Shown here piece by piece: positions 53,118 to 62,907 of a DNA stretch of 64,000 nucleotides (positions within the stretch are counted from its first letter, which is position 1; each line of letters opens with the position of its first letter). A program made the translations under genes and the position numbers. The stretch is taken from NCBI GenBank assembly GCA_050186295.1, contig JBFWYP010000018.1, positions 1,590 through 65,589 on the forward strand. The letters run 5' to 3'. A model generated the notes under the pieces. That model saw nothing but the letters and a program-made list of their open reading frames with translations, was not told the origin of the DNA and ran no database searches. Origin of the DNA: Thermoanaerobaculia bacterium (GTDB lineage Bacteria > Acidobacteriota > Thermoanaerobaculia > Multivoradales > JAGPDF01).

Positions 53118-53942
53118 TCAGCCGACGCGCGCGAGTCTCCGGATGGCGAGGCCGCCGCAGAGGACGGTGACGCCGGCGAGGACGGCGGCGGCGAGCGACA
53201 GGGGGATGAAGCGGAACTTCTCCACCCCCGCGAGGCCGAGGGCGAGCTGGTCGAGGTGGAAGGTCGGCCAGACGATCACCCAGCGCTCGAGCGACTTGGG
53301 CAGCGGGATGAACAGACCCGAGAGCCAGATCATCGGCAGGAAGAGGAGGTTCCCCCAGGCGGGCGAGGCCGAAGCCGAGGTCAGCGCGCCGAGGAGGAGA
53401 CCGATCGCCGAGAACGGGATCGTGCCGAGGACCAGCACGACCCAGACGATCGCGAGCCCGGCGAGCGACAGGGTGATCTTGCCGGCGAGGAGCGCCACGA
53501 TCGAGACCAGCGTCACGGCGATCGCCGTGATCGCCATCGCCATCAGCATCTTGGCGACGATCGTGGCGCCGGGCGGCTGCGGCAGGGCGCGCTTGAGCGC
53601 CAGGAGTCGCCCCTCGCGCTCGGTCGCCAGGATGACGCCGCTGAAGATCCCCGGCATCGCCGCCGCGATCACCGCGAAGCCGGTGAAGAGGAAGTCGTTG
53701 AGCGCCGGGCCGTACTCGCTGTTGGCCGCCGCGTTGCCGTTGACGACGACGCCGAACAGCCAGTAGATCGCCACCGGTACCAGAAGGAACGGCAGGGCGA
53801 ACCCCGGCGTGCGCAGCGCCGCCACGATCTCGAGCTTCGCCTCGAGCAGGTAGGCGCGGAGCAGGCGGCCGAACGGCAAGGGTTCGCGCTCCCCGGCGAA
53901 GGTGTCGGGAAGAGTCGTCGTGGAAAGCGTTGGCGTCTTCAT
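53118..53942 (-). CDS. ABC-2 type permease
   Basis: About six TM segments, EREG.L, LSGLFIP, PTFHL; ATGA coupling. Confidence 0.85.
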   Translation of the reverse strand: MKTPTLSTTTLPDTFAGEREPLPFGRLLRAYLLEAKLEIVAALRTPGFALPFLLVPVAIYWLFGVVVNGNAAANSEYGPALNDFLFTGFAVIAAAMPGIFSGVILATEREGRLLALKRALPQPPGATIVAKMLMAMAITAIAVTLVSIVALLAGKITLSLAGLAIVWVVLVLGTIPFSAIGLLLGALTSASASPAWGNLLFLPMIWLSGLFIPLPKSLERWVIVWPTFHLDQLALGLAGVEKFRFIPLSLAAAVLAGVTVLCGGLAIRRLARVG

Positions 53943-56119
53943 GCGGCCTCCTTGGTGAGCTCGGTGAACGCCTCGGCGAGGCTCGCCTGCCGCACCTCGA
54001 GATGTCCGAGGGCGGGGTCGGCGGCGAGCAGCCGGCGGACGACCGACTCGGCGTCCGAGGCGGTGACCTCGACGAGCCCGTCGTGCTCCTCGTTGCGCTC
54101 GACGTCGACGACGCCGGGCCAGCGGCGGATCTCGTCGAGCGCCAGGGCGCTGGTGCAGCGGATCCGCTTGCGGGTGACGAGCGAGCGCATCTCGTCGACG
54201 CTGCCGTCGGCGATCAACCGGCCGTTCGCCAGCACCGCGACGCGGTCGGCGAGCGCCTCGGCCTCTTCGAGGTAGTGCGTGGTGAGCACGATCGAGCAGC
54301 CGTCGCCAACGAGTCGGCGGATGTTCTTCCACATCGTCTCGCGCGCCGCGACGTCGAGCCCGACGGTCGGCTCGTCGAGGAAGAGGAGCCGCGGCCGCCC
54401 GACGATCGCCAGCGCGAACTGCACCTGCCGCTTCTGCCCGGCGGAGAGCTTGCCGTAGCGCTTGCCGGCGAGCTCCTCGATGCCGGCGAAGGCGAGGGTG
54501 TCGGCGACCGGCAGCGGGTCGCGGTAGTAGGACGCCGCGAGCGCGACCTGCTCGCGCGCGGTGAGCATCGGCGCCAGCGTCACCTCCTGCATCATCACGC
54601 CGACCGCGAGGCGGCTCGCGACCTCGAGCGGCGAGCCGCCCATCACCCGCACGATCGTCCGCTCCCCGTCGTCGGGCTGGAGCGTGCCGAGCCAGAGCCC
54701 GATCGCCGTCGACTTGCCGGCGCCGTTCGGCCCGAGCACCGCCAGGAGCTCGCCGGGGCGCACCGCGAGCGACAGATCGTCGAGTGCCACCGTCTTCCCG
54801 TAGCGCTTGGTGACGTGGACCAGCTCGGCGATCGGAGATCCGGTGCTGAGGGCGAGCGCTTCGGCCGGTTCGGCGCGAGAAGCGCGAAGAGGTGTGGTGG
54901 TGGCTCCGCCGTCGGAGGCTTGCGGCGAGCCCTGCGGCTGCCGTGGCATGCGTGGATATCGCCTGCCGTTGAGGATCTCGCCGACGAAGGTCGAGCGCAC
55001 CAGGTAGTGATAACTCGCCAGCAGGAGTCCGAAGGTCACGGCGAGGATGGCCGGGAACTTGAGCGACCAGTGGAGCGGCACCTTCATCAGCAGCACCTGG
55101 AGCGCGAAGACGATCGGCAGATGGACGAGGTAGAACCAGTACGAGGCGTCGGCGAGGTAGCGGCGCGCCGGGCTCTGGCGGGAGAAGAAGCGCACCGAGG
55201 CGCCGAGGAGGCCGAACGTCCAGCACCAGATCGCAAGGGCGTAGCCGGCGGTGTAGGCGAGGCGCAGGGCGACGCCACCGGGGACCGTCGTGAGCTCGAG
55301 GAGGTTCGGCGTCGGACCGATCCAGGCGAGGCAGGCCGCGGTGAGGGCGACGGCGGCGGTCAGGTTCCCCCGCCACTGCCGCTCGAGGGTGGCGAGGAGG
55401 TCGCTCTGCCGATGCAGCAGCCAGCCGAACGCGAAGGCGCTGCCGTAGGCGACGAGCGCCGGGAGCTGCGGCGCGAGACCGGTGTCCGGCGTGTGGATAC
55501 CGAACCAGGCCGCCCAACCCTTGTCCGCGAACAGCACGGCGATCGTCGGCAGGGCGAGCGCCAGCGGGGCGAGGCGGCTCGAGATGGCGGTGCGGACGAG
55601 GCGATCCACGCCGTTCCGGAGCGCCTCGCCGCGATCCAGGGCGACGACGCCGGCGCGGAGTGCGAGGGTCGCGACGTAGAAGAGGCAGAGGTAGTAGAGG
55701 AACCAGAGATGGGTGAGCGGAAAACCCTGCGGCGCCCCGGGCCCTTCTCCGGACGTTGCGCCTGTCGCGTCGGGGAAGGTGCGGGAGAGGCCCCAGATCA
55801 CCGCCCCGATCGTCAGCGGCGCGAGCAGCACCCAGCCGGCGATCATCGGCACGACGATCCGCTTCGCCCGGTCCTTGACGAAGGCGCGCGCCCCGCGCCG
55901 GTGAAAGACGAGGTGGGCGAAGAAGCCGGCGATCAGGTAGAAGACGCTCATCCGGAAGATGTGGATGACGTAGAAGGTGACGGCGAGCGTCGTGCTCTGC
56001 GAGACGTCCTGCGCCGGCAGGAAGAAGAAGAACGACATCGTGGCGTGGAGGACGATGCCGAGCAGGAGCGCCAGGCCGCGCAGGGCGTCGAGCGAGTGGA
56101 ACCGTTCGGTGGTTTTCAT
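53939..56119 (-). CDS. Acyltransferase-3 (OpgC-like) domain fused to an ABC ATPase
   Basis: RFHSLDALRG, HIFRM..F..IAGFF, HLWFLYYL, SYWFYLVH, then in frame GPNGAGKST, LSAGQ, FLDEPT, TTHYLEEAE. Confidence 0.85.
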   Translation of the reverse strand: MKTTERFHSLDALRGLALLLGIVLHATMSFFFFLPAQDVSQSTTLAVTFYVIHIFRMSVFYLIAGFFAHLVFHRRGARAFVKDRAKRIVVPMIAGWVLLAPLTIGAVIWGLSRTFPDATGATSGEGPGAPQGFPLTHLWFLYYLCLFYVATLALRAGVVALDRGEALRNGVDRLVRTAISSRLAPLALALPTIAVLFADKGWAAWFGIHTPDTGLAPQLPALVAYGSAFAFGWLLHRQSDLLATLERQWRGNLTAAVALTAACLAWIGPTPNLLELTTVPGGVALRLAYTAGYALAIWCWTFGLLGASVRFFSRQSPARRYLADASYWFYLVHLPIVFALQVLLMKVPLHWSLKFPAILAVTFGLLLASYHYLVRSTFVGEILNGRRYPRMPRQPQGSPQASDGGATTTPLRASRAEPAEALALSTGSPIAELVHVTKRYGKTVALDDLSLAVRPGELLAVLGPNGAGKSTAIGLWLGTLQPDDGERTIVRVMGGSPLEVASRLAVGVMMQEVTLAPMLTAREQVALAASYYRDPLPVADTLAFAGIEELAGKRYGKLSAGQKRQVQFALAIVGRPRLLFLDEPTVGLDVAARETMWKNIRRLVGDGCSIVLTTHYLEEAEALADRVAVLANGRLIADGSVDEMRSLVTRKRIRCTSALALDEIRRWPGVVDVERNEEHDGLVEVTASDAESVVRRLLAADPALGHLEVRQASLAEAFTELTKEAA

Positions 56120-56145
56120 CGGGTTCTCCATCCGGTTTGCGGGTT

Positions 56146-56835
56146 TCAGACGAAGTCGCGCTGGCGCGACGGCAGGTAGAAGGCGAGTCCGAGCGCGAGG
56201 AGGACGACCGCCGCCTCGATCGCCAGCAGGGCGAGGATGGTCGGGGTCCAGACCGCCACGGCGCCGCCGTTCGCTGCGGCGACGCCGGGCAGGCTGCCGA
56301 CGCGCATCAGGAAGAGCGTGACGAGGACGTTGGTGACCAGGATGCCGACGATCGACGCCGCCTCGGAGGCGGTGATGACGACGACGGCGAGCAGGATGCA
56401 GAAGTTGACGAGAAAGCAGCCCATCAGGGCGACGAAGAACGGGATCGAGCCGGCCGATTCGCCGCGGAGCGCGAGCGCCGCGACGACGCCGACGGTGAAG
56501 AGGGTCCAGGGGGCGAGGAAGGCGAGGAGCGCCGCCCACAGCTTGGCGCGCAGGTACTGCGCGGGCGAGACCGGGAGGCTCAGCACGAACAGGCGCGACT
56601 TCTCCTGGTGCTCCTTGAAGACGCCGAACATGGCGACGAAGATCCCGAAGGTGATGATCGTCGTGATGAACAGGAGGAAGCCGAGGTTGGGGCCGCGGCT
56701 GACCGCGCCGCCGTCGCCCGCGTTCCCGGCGCCGGAGCGCGAGAGGACGAGGGAGAGGCCCCCCGCGACGGTGGCGCCGGCGATGAGCCAGCGCTGGAGG
56801 TAGAGGTCTTTGGCGATCAGACGGCGGACGATCAT
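56146..56835 (-). CDS. ABC-2 transporter permease
   Basis: LIAKDL, E..EK...FVLSLPVS..QY..AK; about six TM segments. Confidence 0.8.
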   Translation of the reverse strand: MIVRRLIAKDLYLQRWLIAGATVAGGLSLVLSRSGAGNAGDGGAVSRGPNLGFLLFITTIITFGIFVAMFGVFKEHQEKSRLFVLSLPVSPAQYLRAKLWAALLAFLAPWTLFTVGVVAALALRGESAGSIPFFVALMGCFLVNFCILLAVVVITASEAASIVGILVTNVLVTLFLMRVGSLPGVAAANGGAVAVWTPTILALLAIEAAVVLLALGLAFYLPSRQRDFV

Positions 56836-57758
56836 TCTCCGCGCTCCTTTCTGCCCTGCATGACGCTCGAGACGAAGATCTCCTCGAGGGTCATCCGCTG
56901 CACGTCGCGGACGGTGCCACCGGCCTCCGCGCAGGCGGCCGCGAGCTCGGGCGTGAAGCGGTCGGCGGTGAGGACGGCGAGGCGCCCGCCCGGCACGACC
57001 TCGGCGACTCCCGGCAGGGCGGCGAGACGCGCCACGGCGCCGGTCGCGGCGGCGCCCGCGGGCAGCTCGATCTGCAGCCGCCGCCAGCGTTCGACGAACG
57101 TCTCCTTGTCGTCGGAGGCGACGACGCGCCCGCGGTCGAGGAAGGCGATGCGATCGGAGATCTGCTCGACGTCGACGGTGTTGTGCGACGAGAAGAGGAT
57201 GGAGCGCTCTTCGTCCTGGACGACCTCCATGAGCTCGCGGAGGAGCTCGTGGCGCGCCACCGGATCGAGCCCGGCGGTCGGTTCGTCGAGAACGAGGAGC
57301 TTCGGCCGCCGCGCCAGGGCGAGGAGCATGAGCGCCTTGACCTGCTCGCCACGCGACAGCCCCTTCACCTTCTGCGCCGGATGGAGATGGAAGCGCTGGA
57401 GGAGGCGCGCCGCGTACTCGTCGTCCCAGGCGGGAGCGATCGACTTCACGAAGGCGAGGTGCCAGGCGAGGGTGGCGCGGCCGAAGAGGCGCATCTCTTC
57501 GGAGACGTAGCCGACGTCGCGCTTGGCGCGCGCCTGTTCGCCGGGCATCCGGCAGCCGAGGAGCTCGACTTCGCCGGCGTCGGCCCGGACGAGTCCCATG
57601 AGGATGCGGATGGTGGTCGACTTGCCGGCGCCGTTGGGCCCGACGAAGCCGAGGATCTGTCCCGGCTCGAGGCCGAGGGAGAGGTTGTCGAGGGCGAAGA
57701 ACGGATAGCGCTTGGAGACGCCCTCGAGTCGGATGGCAGATGTCGCTTCGCTCTTCAT
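56832..57758 (-). CDS. ABC ATP-binding protein (YtrB-like)
   Basis: GPNGAGKST, LSRGEQ, LVLDEPT, SSH. Confidence 0.92.
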   Translation of the reverse strand: MKSEATSAIRLEGVSKRYPFFALDNLSLGLEPGQILGFVGPNGAGKSTTIRILMGLVRADAGEVELLGCRMPGEQARAKRDVGYVSEEMRLFGRATLAWHLAFVKSIAPAWDDEYAARLLQRFHLHPAQKVKGLSRGEQVKALMLLALARRPKLLVLDEPTAGLDPVARHELLRELMEVVQDEERSILFSSHNTVDVEQISDRIAFLDRGRVVASDDKETFVERWRRLQIELPAGAAATGAVARLAALPGVAEVVPGGRLAVLTADRFTPELAAACAEAGGTVRDVQRMTLEEIFVSSVMQGRKERGE

Positions 57759-58147
57759 CGCGGCTCTTCTTTCTGCTGGTTCAGGAGGTCGCGCAGGCGC
57801 CCGTGGAGCTCGTCGCTCCCGAGCCCGAGCTCGCGCCCGACGTCGGCGGCCTTGCGCAGGTGCTGGTCGAGCTCCTGTTCGCGGAGGTCGCGGCCGAGGT
57901 CGACGTGGTCGGCAACGAAGGTGCCGCGCCCCTGGCGGGTGACGAGGACGCCGTCGCGCTCGAGGTCGTGGTACGCCCGCTTGATGGTGATGACGCTGAC
58001 GCGGGTGGCGGCGGCGAGGGCGCGGATGGAGGGAATCTCCTGCCCCGGCAGCCAGTCGCCCACGGCGATGCGCCGCCGCACCTGCTCGATGATCTGCAGG
58101 TACATCGGCCGCCCGTCGGCCTGGGAGATGGTCAACTCACTGTGCAT
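57755..58147 (-). CDS. GntR family regulator, YtrA subfamily
   Basis: PMYLQI, PSIR.LA..VS.IT..RAY..LE..G...GRGTFV; short C-terminus. Confidence 0.92.
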   Translation of the reverse strand: MHSELTISQADGRPMYLQIIEQVRRRIAVGDWLPGQEIPSIRALAAATRVSVITIKRAYHDLERDGVLVTRQGRGTFVADHVDLGRDLREQELDQHLRKAADVGRELGLGSDELHGRLRDLLNQQKEEPR

Positions 58148-58187
58148 GTCAACATACACAGTATACACGGACGGTTCAGCTTTTCAA
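58147..58187 (-). promoter_or_regulatory. Promoter and probable YtrA operator
   Basis: TTGAAA-N16-TATACT overlapping the imperfect palindrome GTGTATACTGTGTATGTTGACA. Confidence 0.6.
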
Positions 58188-58328
58188 AGGGGCGCCGTCT
58201 AGCTCTCGCGGAGAAAAGATCTGAGGTGACATGAACTGGCTAGACATCACTGCAGCACTAGAGGAGCTTCGCCCCCTTCCAATACTCCTATTGGTCGCCC
58301 TTTCCGCTCCCTCCCACTCATTGAGGGC

Positions 58329-58997
58329 TCAACTGCGCGGCAACGTATCTGGGTGCCAGGAGACGGTCATCGGCGGTTCATCCATGGCTACAAGTCGGCG
58401 ATAGGTCCGCTCGAAGCTAGTGCGAAGCTCGTTCTCATCTGGATCGCGAAGCCGCACCAAATAGCGTGAGAGGTGCTTCTCGATAGCGACCCAAAGTTCG
58501 CCAGGATCAACGACGACAGAGTTGCACGGCTTGCTTGAGTCGAATGTGCCGTCCGGCTTCATCGGAAATTCTAGGACGAACGCGGCGCCCATCCCGACCT
58601 TTGTAAAGAAACCGGTACCAGCAACGCCTTCATGGAACAGTCGACAGCGGACCTCTCGATAAAGAAATGCCGCGAGAGTCTTGACCGCTTCCAGTGGTAT
58701 GTCATCCCTTTTCAGAACGTCGATGACGCCATACTGGAAGAACTCGGCAGAGCGTGTCTTGCCTTTCACGCGTGCGCCACTATCGTCGCCTTTCAAATAC
58801 GCAGCAATCGACTCAAAGTACACCGATTGAATGAGCACGCTCGGCAGCGCAAAGCGCGAGTCGACGCACCCAAGAATACGCGCTGGTTCAAGAATCCACC
58901 CTCGCATTCGATCTTCGAACACGTCGATGAGATCGTCGATCTGACCAGTCTCCTGTTTCTCCGGGCCGTAGTTCGGGCTGATTCTGAAGTCAACCAT
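58329..58997 (-). CDS. Hypothetical protein with an Rx4H (HEPN-like) motif
   Basis: Lower GC; helical N-terminus, FESIA, LYREVRCRLFHEG. Confidence 0.6.
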   Translation of the reverse strand: MVDFRISPNYGPEKQETGQIDDLIDVFEDRMRGWILEPARILGCVDSRFALPSVLIQSVYFESIAAYLKGDDSGARVKGKTRSAEFFQYGVIDVLKRDDIPLEAVKTLAAFLYREVRCRLFHEGVAGTGFFTKVGMGAAFVLEFPMKPDGTFDSSKPCNSVVVDPGELWVAIEKHLSRYLVRLRDPDENELRTSFERTYRRLVAMDEPPMTVSWHPDTLPRS

Positions 58998-59081
58998 TCT
59001 CTTCTGATCCTAGGCCGTACTCAATCTTTCTTTTTCGTGATGTGCGCGACCCGCAAGAATTCCGGGCTACTCCCTGTTGGC

Positions 59082-59846
59082 TCACGGTCCTTGATTCGGC
59101 AACGGAGCCGCCTTTCGCGGTAGCACCCTTGGTTTGTTCGCGATTTCAATCTCAATCTCGCCGTCTGGGACTAGTTCTCGTTCTTGGCCACTCAGATCGA
59201 TGCCGGCTGCGCGGAGGGCCGCCTGAACTAACGCTGCACCTTTCGGCGGGGACTTGAGACTGTTTACAAAGAGCCCCATTCCCTCCCGATAGTCGCTAGT
59301 AACCGTAGTTCCCAACCGCGCTTCCCAGCCCGCTTCCTGGAAGGCGCTTTGAATCTGGGCTGCGTAGCCGGCAGCTTCACTTCCGCCACTAACCGTAATT
59401 GTGACTGGAAATCTCTCCTTAAGCTCACGAAGAGCGGTGACTAGTACGACACGGTCGCCTCTGAGAAGAACGCGGGGCGCCACGTCCTCGGCCAAGATTA
59501 GAAGTTTCGTCTCTGCAGCAGCCGCGCGCTCTCGCTGTTCTGCGACCTGCAATTCAAGTGCTCTGGATCTTTCGTTTGTAGCGGCTGCGACGAGCTGGGC
59601 TTGTGCGGCCCCCAGTTTGGCCTCTTCGATCCGTGCGTCGGAATCGAGTTTTGCAGCTGCGATCTTGTACTCTGCATCTTGCATTGCCGCGACGATCTTT
59701 GACGAAGCGTCTATTCGGACAGCGTCAAGGGCGCGGTTATTTGCTTTCCAGGAGAGGTAGCCGAAGAGAATGGCCACCGCGGAGGCAATCAGGTAGATCC
59801 AGAAGTAGCGGCTGTTTGCAGCGGTTGCCTGCTCAATTGCGTTCAT
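59082..59846 (-). CDS. Hypothetical single-TM coiled-coil protein
   Basis: GAGGAG SD before MNAIEQ; TM segment YFWIYLIASAVAILFGYLSW; Ala/Glu-rich coiled coil; lower GC. Confidence 0.6.
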   Translation of the reverse strand: MNAIEQATAANSRYFWIYLIASAVAILFGYLSWKANNRALDAVRIDASSKIVAAMQDAEYKIAAAKLDSDARIEEAKLGAAQAQLVAAATNERSRALELQVAEQRERAAAAETKLLILAEDVAPRVLLRGDRVVLVTALRELKERFPVTITVSGGSEAAGYAAQIQSAFQEAGWEARLGTTVTSDYREGMGLFVNSLKSPPKGAALVQAALRAAGIDLSGQERELVPDGEIEIEIANKPRVLPRKAAPLPNQGP

Positions 59847-60229
59847 CGCCAGCTCCTCGACCGGGCGCTCCATGCACCGGCTTCTGCTGGAGCTGCAGTG
59901 CGCCGAGACCAGGGGCACCGCGGAATGTTTCTACCCGCTCTCAGCAACTAACGTATACCAATCCCGGAGCAGCCGATCGAAACCAGTGCGAAGTCTCGTT
60001 CACCCTCGCATTACCAACCGATTGAACAGTTTGGAAGTTGTGCGAGGAAGGGGAGCTGCTGTGAATTAGCGCCCTCGACGGAGCGCAAGGCGCGGCCGAA
60101 TTGAGGCGAATCCCACTGCCGGGCCGCGAGCCCACGCGGAGGGAGCTTCGAAGGCCACGAAGGGCCAAGAGCTGGAATTGGAGGTCCAAGGAGAGAGTCA
60201 CGGCTCAGCTCTGCGACAATAGGCCCGTC

Positions 60230-61684
60230 ATGTTCGAACAGGCCTTCCGCAACATCGACGATGTCCTCCGGAAGGAGGCGGGCTGCACGACGGAGCTTGA
60301 CTACACAGAGCAGACGTCCTGGCTTCTATTCCTCAAGTACCTCGACGGGCTGGAACAGGATCGCTCGGACGAGGCGGCTCTCAAGGGGAAGAAGTACACA
60401 TACATCCTTGACCGGCAGTTTCGCTGGGAGTCGTGGGCGGCGCCCAAGGGCAAGGACGGGAAGATCGATCACAACCGGGCGCTGACCGGCGACGACCTCT
60501 GCGACTTTGTCAACGCGAAGCTCTTCCCGCACCTGCAGAAGATGAAGCTGAGGGCAACCGGGGCGAATACGATCGAGTACAAGATCGGAGAGATCTTCGG
60601 GGAGATCAAGAACAAGATTCAGAGCGGCTACAACCTGCGCGAGATCATCGACCAGATCGATGAGCTCCGGTTCCGCTCGCAGAACGAGAAGCACGAGCTT
60701 TCGCACCTCTACGAGGCAAAGATCCGCAACATGGGGAACGCCGGCCGGAACGGCGGCGAGTACTACACGCCCCGCCCGCTCATCCGCGCCATCATCCAGG
60801 TTGTCCAGCCGCAGATCGGCGAGAGGATCTACGACGGTGCCTGCGGCTCGGCGGGCTTCCTTTGCGAGTCGTTCGTCTACCTGACCTCGAGAGGGAAGCT
60901 CACCACCAAGGATCGCACGATGCTCCAGTCGAGCACCTTCTACGGCAAAGAGAAGAAGTCGCTCGCCTACGTGATCGCGATCATGAACATGATCCTGCAC
61001 GGCATCGAGGCGCCGAACGTTGTCCACACCAACACGCTGTCGGAGAACCTGGCGGACATCCAGGAGAAGGACCGGTACGACGTGGTGCTGGCGAATCCTC
61101 CGTTCGGCGGCAAGGAACGGAAGGAAGTTCAGCAGAACTTTCCGATACGCACCGGCGAAACCGCGTTCCTCTTTCTCCAGCACTTCATCAAGATCCTGAA
61201 GGCCGGAGGCCGCGGCGGCGTGGTGATCAAGAACACCTTTCTCTCGAACACCGACAACGCTTCGGTGAGCCTGCGCAAGCTGCTGCTCGAGAGCTGCAGC
61301 CTGCACACTGTACTCGACTGCCCGAGCGGTACGTTCCAGGGCGCCGGGGTGAAGACGGTGGTGCTCTTCTTCGACAAGGGCAAGCCGACGCGCAAGATCT
61401 GGTACTACCAGCTCGACCCCGGCCGCAATCTCGGCAAGTCCAACCCGCTCAACGACGCCGACCTGGCCGAGTTCGTCAAGCTGCAGAAGCGCTCCGCCGA
61501 CTCGCCCAAGAGCTGGAGCGTCGACGCCAAGACAATCGACCAGGAGACCTTCGACCTCTCGGTCAAGGACCCCAACGGCAACGAAGAGATCGCCCATCGC
61601 ACGCCAGCCGCCATCCTCCAAGAGATCGCCGTCCTCGACGCCGAGAGCGCCAAAGCCCTGGAAAAGATCAAAAGACTTCTATGA
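60230..61684 (+). CDS. hsdM: Type I R-M N6-adenine methyltransferase
   Basis: GEYYTPR, YDGACGSAGFL, ANPPF. Confidence 0.95.
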   Translation: MFEQAFRNIDDVLRKEAGCTTELDYTEQTSWLLFLKYLDGLEQDRSDEAALKGKKYTYILDRQFRWESWAAPKGKDGKIDHNRALTGDDLCDFVNAKLFPHLQKMKLRATGANTIEYKIGEIFGEIKNKIQSGYNLREIIDQIDELRFRSQNEKHELSHLYEAKIRNMGNAGRNGGEYYTPRPLIRAIIQVVQPQIGERIYDGACGSAGFLCESFVYLTSRGKLTTKDRTMLQSSTFYGKEKKSLAYVIAIMNMILHGIEAPNVVHTNTLSENLADIQEKDRYDVVLANPPFGGKERKEVQQNFPIRTGETAFLFLQHFIKILKAGGRGGVVIKNTFLSNTDNASVSLRKLLLESCSLHTVLDCPSGTFQGAGVKTVVLFFDKGKPTRKIWYYQLDPGRNLGKSNPLNDADLAEFVKLQKRSADSPKSWSVDAKTIDQETFDLSVKDPNGNEEIAHRTPAAILQEIAVLDAESAKALEKIKRLL

Positions 61685-62892
61685 GGAAAGGATGGCAGAA
61701 GAAGAGCCTCGGCGAACTTTGCGCGTTCACCAGCGGTGGGACGCCATCCAAGAGCAACCCGCGTTACTGGGCCGGCAAATTTCCATTCGTTTCCGCCCGC
61801 GACTTGAAGTCGGAGCGCATCGCCAACTCCACGCTCCACATCTCCAAAGAAGCGATTGAAATGTCCGCAACCAAGGTTGCTCCTGTCGGTTCGCTGCTAA
61901 TGCTCGTTCGAGGGATGGGATTGGCGAACGGTATCCAAATCGGCGAGGTCGTCTCCCCTGTCGCATTCAACCAAGATATTAGGGCGCTGCACCCACCGCT
62001 CGACTCCGTCCTTCCGCGCTTTCTCTTGCTCGCTCTAAAGAACTGCTTCGTGAACGGTGGAGGGAATCGGGCGCTGAGTTCCGCGGCGCATGGAACGTTG
62101 AAGATCGACACGGCGGCCTTGCTGCAGATCGCGGTACTGCTCCCCCCACTCCCCGAACAGCAGCGAATCGTCGCCGTCTTAGATGAATCCTTTGCGGGCC
62201 TCGCCACCGCCAAAGCCAACGCCGAAAAGAACCTCCAAAACGCCCGGGCTCTGTTTGAGGATCACGTCCAATCGATCTTCAGCCAAAAGGGGGAAGGGTG
62301 GGTTGAGAAGCGGCTAGAGGATTTGTGTACTTTTAGTAGCGGAGGCACCCCGACGAAGTCCAATCGGAGCTTTTGGAGCGGAAAAATTCCCTGGATCTCG
62401 GGTCGCGACATGAAGGCGACCCGACTTTCTGATTCGTTCCTGCACATATCGCAAGCTGCTGTCGACAGGTCCGCTACTCGAATGGCGCCGGCAGGATCCC
62501 TTCTGTTGCTCGTGCGCGGTATGGGTCTAGCGCATGGCCCCCAGATCGCTGAGCTGATGGTTCCCTGTGCCTTCAATCAGGACATCAAGGGGATTCACTC
62601 TGGGCCCGACCTCGTTCCTCGATTCCTTCTCTTCGCCCTCAGACACCAGATTCAGTCAAATGACAATGTCCTCAGCAGCGCTGCCCATGGAACGCTCAAG
62701 ATCGATGCTGATGGATTGAGGGGTTTAGAGATCCCTGTTCCACCGCGCAAGCAGCAAGAGCGGATCGTAACCACGATCGATGCACTGGCTGCAGCTACCT
62801 CAGATCTCGCTCACGTCTACGAGAGAAAGCTCGTCGCGCTAGATTCGCTGAAGAAGTCGTTGCTACACCAAGCTTTCAATGGGGAGTTGTAG
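61681..62892 (+). CDS. hsdS: Type I R-M specificity subunit
   Basis: Two TRDs with GGTP, PPLPEQQRIV, KSLLHQAFNGEL; overlaps the hsdM stop. Confidence 0.95.
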   Translation: MRKGWQKKSLGELCAFTSGGTPSKSNPRYWAGKFPFVSARDLKSERIANSTLHISKEAIEMSATKVAPVGSLLMLVRGMGLANGIQIGEVVSPVAFNQDIRALHPPLDSVLPRFLLLALKNCFVNGGGNRALSSAAHGTLKIDTAALLQIAVLLPPLPEQQRIVAVLDESFAGLATAKANAEKNLQNARALFEDHVQSIFSQKGEGWVEKRLEDLCTFSSGGTPTKSNRSFWSGKIPWISGRDMKATRLSDSFLHISQAAVDRSATRMAPAGSLLLLVRGMGLAHGPQIAELMVPCAFNQDIKGIHSGPDLVPRFLLFALRHQIQSNDNVLSSAAHGTLKIDADGLRGLEIPVPPRKQQERIVTTIDALAAATSDLAHVYERKLVALDSLKKSLLHQAFNGEL

Positions 62893-62907
62893 GTGCGGGA
62901 GGAAGGC

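Noticed and set aside
59945-59975. CTAACGTATACC as a possible attC or dif-like site
   Set aside because: No complementary GTTRRRY arm and a weak match to the dif consensus.
60107-60116. CGAATCCCAC matching the tRNA-Ser T-arm as a possible att site
   Set aside because: Only 10 nt, lacks the tRNA 3' end, and no integrase is present in the window.
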